From: Thelocarpon superellum
Taxonomy: Eukaryota
Direction of reading: 5' to 3'
Assembly (NCBI GenBank): GCA_026025795.1
Contig: JAPEUG010000003.1
Span: forward strand, 62,001 to 126,000
Length of the DNA stretch: 64,000 nt
A program made the position numbers and the translations under genes. Below, piece by piece: positions 22,717-32,260 of the stretch. Position 1 is the first letter of the stretch; each line of letters starts with the position of its first letter. A model generated the notes under the pieces. It was not told where the DNA came from, ran no database searches, and saw only the letters and a program-made list of their open reading frames with translations.

Positions 22717-25052
22717 CTAACTCCTCGTTGGCGGACGGACCATTCGTCCGCGCGTCGTGGTAGTCGTAGACGCGGACGAGCGAGTCCGTCCTCTCGTCAC
22801 CTGAGCCGTCATTGTGCCTCCTTTTCCTCCTCGTGGGGCTCGAGTCGTGCCGACGGTCTTCGTCCTGCTTGTTTTCGTAGCCGTAGCCGTCCGCTTCTTC
22901 ATCACCTGCACTGCTCGCGTGCGCGCTCGCGTGCGCGTCGCCGGGACGACCACTTTCCTGCCTCCTCTTCCTCTTCTTTTCCCTCTCCCGCCTCCGCTCC
23001 CACGCCCGCTGCTACGCTCGCTCTGGGCGGTGGTCGTCGTCGTCGTCGTCCCCTCCCTTGCCACCACCCCTCGCTTCCCGACTCCTCGCGTGGTGACGCC
23101 TCGCGCGGGTGTCGTCGCCTTCGGACTGGCCTCGTCCGCGTCGGACTCGATCGGAGACGTGTCCCGTCGTCCCAGCAGCAGGTTCCGCACCTTGCCCTTC
23201 TTGATCTCGCGCTCCTCGCCCGGGCGGATGAAGCGATGGACCGTGCGGTGGTCGAGCACGCGCTCTTCCTTGTCGTGCTTGCCTTCCTTGTCCGTCTTGG
23301 GCCAGGCGTATCCGTACAGCTTGCTGTGTCGTTCGCATCGAGGGCAGGACGAGCGTGTAAAGTAGGCGTCGGGTTGCACAAAGGCCCCGTCGCAGATGGT
23401 GCAGAAGATCCAGGCCGAGTAGCTTTCGCACAGGAGAGACTCGGTCAGGACGTAGTCGCCGGGGGTGCGGATCGCGGTGTTCGGAGCATCGGGCTCGTCG
23501 GTGCTGCGGAGGACCGTGTGAGTGGTGTGAGTCGAGGCAGGCGTGCGTTTCTGGGACGAGGTCGGTCGACCGACGACCGTCGTTGTGCTCTGATCCATGT
23601 CGACGTCCGCCTCCGCCTCGGCCTCCAAGACCTTCGAGGCCACATTCGCACGCGTGCGTGGCCCCTGCTCGTCCTGGGCCAGCATCTTCTCCACCAACGT
23701 CGTAGACGCGAGCGGCGCGTCGGAGACCGAGGAGGCGTCCGTGAGGGCGCCGGAGCGAGGCGTCTCCTCGAACGCGAAGGACGACGGCGTGCTGTCCGCC
23801 ACCGTCATGGATCCATCCGTCGAGCGCGAGAGCGTAATGGTGACGGGCTCGGAGTGAAGGGGGGCAGTGGCAGCAGCGCGTGAGGCTGGAGGGTGAAGGC
23901 GGGTGGAATCGGCCGTGGCTTCGTCCTCCGCATCCTCGACCTTTGGCGGGACGAGAGCGTCGATTCCGTGAGACGAGGCCGCCTGACCGTCCATCCTCAC
24001 CGCGGCTCCGGCCGGCGGGATGTCGGCGAGCGCCGTCCGGATTGCGCTCATCGCCCGACTCGAGCGCCGCTTCTTCAGCACGGGTGTGGTCATGGTGGGC
24101 GTCAGCGAGTCGCGATCGAAGGCATACTTCCGCTTCCTGCGAAAGGAGTAGGGTCCGTCGTCTCGGCCGTCTTTGCGCGGCGTGGTCGACGCGCCATTCG
24201 TGGCCATGTCGCCGGCCGCAGCCCACCCATTCTTGCCCGAGGCCTCGCATGAACCACACAAGCACTCGCAGTTCTCCAGCCCAAAGTAGTCGTCTCCGTA
24301 GGTCACCGTGATCTCCTCGCCCACCTCGATCTCGCGCACGGCTACGACCTCCATGCCGTTGGTCCCCGTCGTCACCAGCCGCGCGTTGGCGTCGCAGTCG
24401 TGGTTGGCGAATCGTGCGGGACCCAAGAAGAGCGAGGCCGATTTCTTGCGACTAGACATGACGATGCTGAAGTCGCGCCGCCGGAGATCCAAGTCGGCTT
24501 CCTCGTCGCGCGTGAGGCTGACCTGGATCCCGCTGAGGTACTTGACCGTCTCCCCCTTCCGAATCACCCGTCGCGCCGTCACCGCCGCCTCATGCGACAC
24601 GACGGTGTAGCGGTTGGTGGTGGAGACTTCAAAGGGACAATCCGGTAGGTAGATGTGCACGTATTTGCGCACGTGTCGCCGAAAGTCCTCCTTCTCCTTG
24701 TCCGACTTGAGCCGGCCCATGAACTGGCGCAAGCCGGGTAGGTCCAGCAGTCGTCGCTCGGCCTGGCCGGCGTCCTTGTCGACGATGACGGCATGGCGAA
24801 TGATGGACGCCACCTCTTCGTCGTGGATGCCGCGCGACGCAAAGTACTTGGATCGATTCTTACGGATCGTCGTCCAGAAGTAGACCTGAGGGCGCCCGTC
24901 AGCAAGGGCGGACGGAGGGAGCAAGCACGGCAGCCGGAGAAGCGGAGCAAACGAACCCGATCCACCAGAGCGTCGGTGATGATGTCGTCGTAGCTGGCCA
25001 GTTGCGCCAGCGTCAGGGGCTCTTTCCTGGGTGGCTGGGTGTGGGCCGGCAT
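22717..25052 (-). CDS. SET9: Histone H4K20 methyltransferase Set9/KMT5, 2 exons
   Basis: LTLAQLASYDDIITDALVDR/VYFWTTIRKNR, SET motifs LFLGPARFANHDCDANA and GEEITVTYGDDYFG, post-SET CECLCGSCE, C-terminal CPRCERHSKLYGYAWPKTDK. Confidence 0.95.
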
Positions 25053-26253
25053 GGTGCTCCAGCTCCCGACGGGGATCGCGTCACCACTCCAGTTGCCCGT
25101 GGCCGCGACCGTGACCAGCGCACCCCACCGACACGCCAGTGGACCATGGGCCGCGTCGTGAGGACATGAAAGGAAAAGAGACGAGAGGGAGAGGAAGAGG
25201 AAGAGACCCGCCGTTTAGGGTCGAGGCAGGCGGCCCGGCGAGGGCATGGCTCGACCGGGTTCGCGGTCAGGTCCAATCGAGTTAGCGCACCATCCGGGCT
25301 GCCGTCACGCTTTCCCTTTCCTCTCTGTCCGTGCCGGTGCCAGCACCCCAGCCACTGAACCGATAACGCCCGCCGCCAAGCCGGCCCCCGTCAAGGGCGC
25401 CGTGGGTCGCGCGGCGCTCAGGAACACAACGGCGGGTGCCGGACTCCGGCATGGCGGATGACTGGTGTGGGATGGGCCCCAGTGCCAGCGATCAACTTGT
25501 TGTGTGGGCGACTCATTGGTTCACCGCGATGACCAAGTGTCCCCGGGTCTTCCGAGTCGGCTAGCATCTACGCCTCGCCACCACACTCGACAAGTTTGGT
25601 ACTTGGTAGAAGTAAGGACGGCGTACGAGTGGTTATCGCCAAGCTCGTTCCTGATCGGAACCTTACAGCGCACGGGATACGAGGTCCATTTGCCGGGCAT
25701 TCCTGTATACCTGTCTCGGCTATGTTTCGTTACGGCTCGGCCTTCAGCTTAAGTTTCATAAATGAAGTTCTCCTTGTCGCCACCGTACAGGAAATGCCCC
25801 GATAGCTAGGCGTTCAAGGCGAGATTTATTCGACAGAGTCATGGTCCGTCTGTCAAAGGGTATCAGTCTTCCGACTTCGTTGGCAGAGTGACGTCGTTTG
25901 ACATGAGGGCCACTATTGATTGGAACAGTTTGCGAGTGGAAAGTGATATTCTCCAAAATACCCAGAACCAATATTTTATTCGAAAGGGCAGTTCAAGATA
26001 TCGTTGTCTCAAGCTTTCTGACGGATGGCAATCTCTACACGGCTGTTCAAGGTGAAATGTACTCCACGATGTATAGCAAAAGTAAAGCCGTGCCGTGCCA
26101 CCCACGTTGGTCAGAGATCTGGTGTTGGTCCACTTTACGTGATGTTGGGCGCGCGAGCGCTTACAGCGCTAAAAATTGCACCGACCTGAACCCGATCGTC
26201 TGCAGCATCGCGAAGTCGATCCATCCAACCGTCAACCACATCATGCTGCCACG

Positions 26254-26877
26254 ATGATCCAACTCAAGGTAACCATCCGCGGCCTGGATCGAGAATGCAG
26301 AGCTGATGCGAAGCACTACCTCAGACGATGCTTAATTGCATCGACAATTCTGGCGCCGCCATGGTCGAATGCGTGCAGGTGCTGAAGATGAAGCGACACG
26401 CCCGCATAGGTACGAGAGCCGACTCGATCGTGAAATGAACGCCTCCTGACGAGGAGATCATGGCAGGCGATCGCATCGTAGTGGTGGTGCAGAAGCAGCG
26501 GAGTTTCGGCCCCGAGAGCAGTCCGGGCGGCGGCGGTGGAGGCGGTGGAGCCATCGCGGCCGCGAATAAAGTGCGACGGGGAGATATCCGACACGCGGTC
26601 GTGGTGCGGACGGCCAAGAAATATCAGCGGCCGGATGGGAGCGTGGTCCGCTTCGACGATAACGCGTGCGTGCTGGTCAATAAGGCGGGTGAGCCGATCG
26701 GGACCCGGTTGAATGGTAAGTCATGTTGTCCCGACGTGAGTGCGTCTACGTGCCATCGAGGGCGTGAGAGTGAGAGCGGACCGCGGCTGATACAAGAGGG
26801 TCATAGGGATCGTGGGGATCGAGTTACGAGAGAAGAAGTGGTCGAAGATTCTGTCATTGGCGCCGATGCATCTATGA
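26254..26877 (+). CDS. MRPL38: Mitochondrial ribosomal protein uL14m, 4 exons
   Basis: [102 protein letters not shown] 26875-26877. Confidence 0.93.
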
Positions 26878-26978
26878 GGGCTGGAGAACCTAGGCGCCAG
26901 TGCGCCCTTATGCTCTCGCTGCTCCAGTTCCGTTGTGTATTCCTCCCAAACGCCATCCCGTGCAAATATGATCGAACA

Positions 26979-27700
26979 CTAGGAGAAGACCGTCCCACAC
27001 GCGCAACAGACGTAGAAGAGTTTCTGTGGGCCCCATGGTCAGACGGAGGGGGAGCAGGAGGAGGGGTAGAAGGGCCACCTACCATGCCGGTATTGGCAGA
27101 TCGCTGCTGCGACTGGAAGAAGACCGCCTCGGTTTCGGAGCAATGGGGGCATTGCCGGTTGGACCGGGGCAGCTAGAGGTCAGACGACCATGTCAGCACG
27201 GTTCGGAAGGATCTGATGAAGCATCACTTCTCGCACGCGCCATCATCATCCGTCTCCTCGGGCGGCGAATCTGTGCTCTCGCATGTGTCACAAGACTCCC
27301 CGTATCCACTATCGCTCGCCAGCTCATTCTCCGCCAAGACGGTTCCGCGGTGCCCGCAGTGGGCCATCCACCCGCCGCAAAAGTCACACGCGATCATCTG
27401 GCCACAGAGCGTACAGAAGCCGGGCGGACTAACCGTGGGGTCGGAAGCGACGTCTTGCGTCACGCCCTCGGTCTCGCCGACCGTGTTGGAGAGGATGTTG
27501 CGAAAGACACAGGCCGACGCGGCCGGCTCACTGAACTGGCAGGTGCGACAGGCGAACATCAAGGTTGCCGTCTGGGGGTCTTCCTTGGGGTAGAGCATGT
27601 TGGAGCATTCTTTGCAGAACTGAAAGGTGATGTTGGTGATCTGTTTCCGCACCTCGGGCGGGGGCCCATCGGTCGTCGAAGCTGCATCGGGGGTGGACAT
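26979..27700 (-). CDS. RPB9: RNA polymerase II subunit Rpb9; exons 27700-27434, 27172-27083, 27023-26979 (133 aa)
   Basis: [22 protein letters not shown] (Zn ribbon 1), [47 protein letters not shown] (Zn ribbon 2); GT-AG boundaries with CTGAC branch points. Confidence 0.96.
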
Positions 27701-28347
27701 GTTGGCTCGGAACGCGAGGACGAGGGAGTTTAAAGACGTGGGATGACAGGTGGAAGGTGGAGGTGAGAGGCTGCGCCTTGTCGTGTGGATGTGTGTTGGT
27801 CGCTTCGGGTGGCGGGTGTCGCTGCTTGTCCCTGGAGGAAGAAAAGCCAGAGAGACACAGCAGCGGTCGGGTTCTTATGGGAGAACAGGAGCCGGGAGCT
27901 GGGAGGTGCCCACGAGAGCAGCTGCACTTAACCACGCGATCCGCGGTGAAAGAGGGAACGAGTGAATGCACAATTTAGCCACCCAAGACCATACCGGTGA
28001 GTGCCGTCAATTGGTGACTAATACTCGTAGCGCGAGCGAAGAGATGGTGGGGCGAATTTGTCGTCTTAGCGCGGTCCGTAGTAGAGTCACCCGTGTTGGC
28101 GCTGTCGCCTTACCGGTAGCATCGTAGACAGCGGAAAGCGGGACCACGGCCGTCCCCGCGCTGCCCGCTGCGGTGTCGGCCGCTCGTTCCTGCGTCTGCT
28201 CAATGCCCCCCATCCCCGCCACGCTCGGCCGGCCCTCATCTGCCCCGAACCATACACGCATACCACTCGCCCGACATCGGTCGACACGTGGAGTCACCGG
28301 TTGCTTGCTCATTGAATAGATCCTAGATCCTAGTGGGATTAGGTAGG

Positions 28348-29233
28348 ATGGTAAGTCTTGTTCATGGAATGCCTTCGTCATCCCATCTGCCCTACCCGGC
28401 CTGGCTGCCACTTCCATCGCGGTTAGTACCCCAACTCAGACACCATACTGATGCCTCGCCCACCACCCGCACAGACGGATACTGGTCTCCCTCCCAACTG
28501 GGAGGTGCGGCATTCCAATTCCAAGAACCTGCCCTACTACTTCAACGCCGCCAGCAAAGAGTCACGATGGGAGCCGCCAGCATCGACTGATACGGACAAG
28601 CTCAAGGCCTACATGGCGCAGCACCACAGCGCATCCGCCTTACGTACCGAGACGGCGGGACAGAATGAGGGCAAGATCCGTGCCGCCCATCTACTGGTCA
28701 AGCATCGCGACAGTCGACGGCCCGGCAGTTGGCGAGAAGTACTCCGCCCCGCCCTGACGTGGACGGTGCAGTCACGAGCTGACGGGCGCCTGCTGGCGAC
28801 GCTCTAGGCCGAGATCACGCGGAGCAAGGAAGAAGCGCTAGAGATTATTGCAGCCCACGAGAAGCGCATCCGAGCAGGCGAGGCCAGTCTCGGCGACCTG
28901 GCCGTGACCGAGTCGGACTGCAGCAGCGCGAGAAAGCGAGGGGATCTGTGAGCTCGACCCTCGTCTATTTTGTGATGCCAGGCGACGAACAGCTAACAGT
29001 CGCTTACGATAGTGGGTTCTTCGGCCGAGGCGAGATGCAGAAGGAATTCGAAGAGGCTGCCTTTGCTCTCAAACCAGGCGAGGTCAGCTCCGTGGTCGAG
29101 ACCGCATCGGGCGTGCATCTGATCGAAAGGTGAGCACATGCCACTACGTTCCCTCCCAATGGACTTTCTTCCCTTTCCCTACTCGATGCGCAACTGAACT
29201 GATGATCACCGTGATCTTGCCAGACTTGAATGA
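28348..29233 (+). CDS. ESS1: Parvulin peptidyl-prolyl isomerase Ess1/Pin1 (WW + rotamase), 5 exons
   Basis: ATG|gtaagt one-codon exon, then [30 protein letters not shown] (WW), [67 protein letters not shown] stop. Confidence 0.96.
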
Positions 29234-29508
29234 TCCTTCAAGGGTCGTCGTCCGTGGGAGATGCCCACTAGGGCGGCCAGAGGCGTTGGGACGCGCGAGG
29301 ACGCATCATCACCTGATGAGATATCGTGGGAGCGCGGACCTACTTGATATGCATACACGAGCAGAATTCAAACATCATTTTGGATGTTCCCACTCTTCGT
29401 ACTACTCAGCATGAGGCCTTGATGGACGTTTCCACGACGAGTAAGGGCGTTTCCATTAGTAGCTATACACAAATATCGAGAGGGACCTCTGCCAAAGAGG
29501 CGAGCCAG

Positions 29509-31419
29509 CTAGATCAACGCCTGGCCCTTGAACATGCCCTCGCGCACCTCTCGCACCACGTCCTTGCGATCATTCTTGCCGACGAGGACGATGCCGCGGC
29601 CGCGGCGCCCCATACGGCCCGTGCGGCCCAGACGGTGGATGAAGTCGATGGTCGAGTGCGGCACGTCGTACAGGATCACGTGGCGCACCGCCAGCGTGTC
29701 GATGCCGCGCGACCCCAGGTCGGTGGTCACCAGTACCTTGGTGTTAGGCAGCGAACGCTTGACGGCGGGCGGGGCGCGGGGCGCAGGGGTGTAAGTGGCC
29801 GTGGGGGCGTTGGTGGCGTCACTGCGCACGCCGGCTTCGGCCTTCTCGCTGCGCGTCGAGGTGAAGCTCGCCAGCAGCGCGGACTGTCGCTGCTCGGGCG
29901 TGTCGCGGCTCAACGACACGGCGTCGATGCCCTTGCTGATCAGAAAATCCGTCACCTCTTGTACGCGATCGCGCTCGTTGACGAAGACGAGGATCCGCTT
30001 GATCTCCATCCGCTCCTGCTCGACTTCGCCGTGCGAAATGGCGTGTTCGGCGGCGGTGCGGCCGATGGTCCAGATCGTGTCGGCGCAGGCGAGGTTCTTG
30101 TTGCCCCGATACGGGTCCTTGTCGATGTCCACCACGCCGAGCTGCACGCGCCGGGGGATGGCGTGGAGGTTGGGCGTGACGAGGCGTCGGATGTCCGGGA
30201 AGCGTTGGCGGAGAAAGGAGTCCAAGCTGCGCGGGATGGTGGCGGAGCACAGGATCAGCTGCTGCAGGGAGGGTGTCGCGCGATCGATGATGGCCGAGGT
30301 GAGTGGGGAGAAGGAGCGGTCGAGGAGCGAGTCGGCCTCGTCGACGATAAGATGCGTCACGCGACTGAGCACATTGGGGTCGCTGTCCGCGATGCTCGCG
30401 AGCAGGTGTGGCGTCGCGACGAGGAGATCGATCCCGCCGGGCGAGAAGAGGCGGTTGCGTACCACCCGGCCCGTGTAGGCCGACGAGATGAGTCCCGACC
30501 GAAACTTGACGGCGTGCGCGAGCCCCTTGGCGAGGGTACCGACCTGCGAGACCAGTTCCGATGTGGGCACGAGGATGATCGCCCGCGGACGACCGGTGGT
30601 CGGGTGGGCCTGATTGGAGAGCGGGGGGAGCTCCAGGCCGTTGGGATCCGGAGCCGGCTGCTGTCGTTCCTGCTCGTCTCGTAACGCCTGCTCATAGGCG
30701 GCAACATCGGCATCCTGCGCTTCGGCGCGCTTGATGGCGTCGATCGTTGGGAGGAGATAGGCGAGCGTCTTGCCGGACCCGGTTTCCGCGGCGAGTAGGA
30801 ATTCGCCTCTGGCCCCGCTGGTCGTCTGGCCCCGACGTGACTTGCCCTCGGCCCCCAGGAGGATGGGAATGGCCAAGCGCTGCACGGGGGTCGGCGTGAC
30901 GAGGTCGAGGCCGGGCAGGGCCTGGGTCGTGATGGCCTCGTGGATGGACGGCAGCAATGGGAAGCTGTTGAAGGATTCGACCTCGCTGATCCGGCTCTTC
31001 ACTCGCGAGCGGTGCGCATATGACACGGGGGCCAAGGACCGCTGCATCTTGAGCGCCTTGAAGTCTCCTCGTGGTCGGCTCCGTTCTCGCTCCGGCACCG
31101 AGGTACGAGTAGCTCGCGATGACGGGGCAGGCGAGCGACTCGGTTCCCCGCGGATGCCGGCCTCCCTCATGTTCATCGCCGCAAAGGGACCGGCCGAGCG
31201 TCGTGTCGGCGACTTGCGGTCAGGCTCCGTCGGCCGCGGCGGTTGGGCGACCTTGGGCGAGAGGGTCATGCGCGATGGCGCTCGCCGTCGTACCTGCGTC
31301 AAAGACCGCGACATATTCAAGCGCGATCGTGGTAGCATCGGCCGAGCGGCCGTGAGGAAGCACCAGGGACAGATGGACGCTGGGGCCATGGCCCGTTGCC
31401 GCACCTCCGCCCACACCAT
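29509..31419 (-). CDS. MRH4: Mitochondrial DEAD-box RNA helicase Mrh4
   Basis: PTPVQRLAIP, AAETGSGKT, VPTSELVSQ, IVDEAD, LCSAT, SRGIDT, HRLGRTGRMG, terminal VVREVREGMFKGQALI; Arg-rich presequence-like N-terminus. Confidence 0.92.
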   Translation of the reverse strand: MVWAEVRQRAMAPASICPWCFLTAARPMLPRSRLNMSRSLTQVRRRAPSRMTLSPKVAQPPRPTEPDRKSPTRRSAGPFAAMNMREAGIRGEPSRSPAPSSRATRTSVPERERSRPRGDFKALKMQRSLAPVSYAHRSRVKSRISEVESFNSFPLLPSIHEAITTQALPGLDLVTPTPVQRLAIPILLGAEGKSRRGQTTSGARGEFLLAAETGSGKTLAYLLPTIDAIKRAEAQDADVAAYEQALRDEQERQQPAPDPNGLELPPLSNQAHPTTGRPRAIILVPTSELVSQVGTLAKGLAHAVKFRSGLISSAYTGRVVRNRLFSPGGIDLLVATPHLLASIADSDPNVLSRVTHLIVDEADSLLDRSFSPLTSAIIDRATPSLQQLILCSATIPRSLDSFLRQRFPDIRRLVTPNLHAIPRRVQLGVVDIDKDPYRGNKNLACADTIWTIGRTAAEHAISHGEVEQERMEIKRILVFVNERDRVQEVTDFLISKGIDAVSLSRDTPEQRQSALLASFTSTRSEKAEAGVRSDATNAPTATYTPAPRAPPAVKRSLPNTKVLVTTDLGSRGIDTLAVRHVILYDVPHSTIDFIHRLGRTGRMGRRGRGIVLVGKNDRKDVVREVREGMFKGQALI

Positions 31420-32260
31420 GATGCTTGGATCGTGGAGGAAGAAAGCTGACTGATCTTCTTCCTGGCGGGCTCCTGTCGTCCGACGAGCCTTCGTCGGTTG
31501 GTGGAGCACCCCCTTCGTCGTGCAACTTTTTTGCGCGCGACGTCAGTGGTAGCACGAGTGCTCCTAACGAACGGCAACAGCCGAAGGCTAAGGCGAAAGC
31601 AGTAAGGAGCAGGTGTCGGCCGCATGGTGGGATCACGGACTGGCGCTTTCGCCCAGCAGTGCTGACGCACTAGTCACGTTGCTAAGCGGGCCAAGCGGGC
31701 AATGTTTTTGTTTACCCTCCCTGACGACCACGAGTATTCGTACGACGGCCACGGGCCTGATTCCCGTAGCGGTGCGCCGGGGGTCTGCCACACCTTGCCA
31801 TCCTCCCCTCCTCCCCCCTCCCACAAATACTCGTGCTCCTACTCGGCCGGGCGATGCGCGGACCACCTTTGTTCTCGCTTTCTCGGTAGTGTAAATTGGG
31901 CACCTCCCACCATCTCTCATGTCAAGTGGTGGTGGTCTGTTAGCAAGTGCTGGATCTGTACACACGCACCACACGCACCACACGCACCGCACGCACACCA
32001 GATCCTCATCCACGCTCCCTCTTTCACCCTCTCGACCCATCCGCCGGTCAACGACGCTACTTGCCGGCCGGGCATCATCATCCCTTGCCCGGTGACCAGC
32101 ATCGGGGGTCTACCTCTCTCTTTTGACGATTGTTTTGATCGTGTTGTCACGCTTGTCGTGTGGGTGTGCTATCGCATCAGGCTCACAACATTGGGCACGT
32201 CAAGGCACCGAGCATACGAACACACACACATCACAGTGTGACCGCGCCCAAGCGGCCACC

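Noticed and set aside
29326..30684. 452-aa plus-strand ORF
   Set aside because: Antisense shadow of MRH4.
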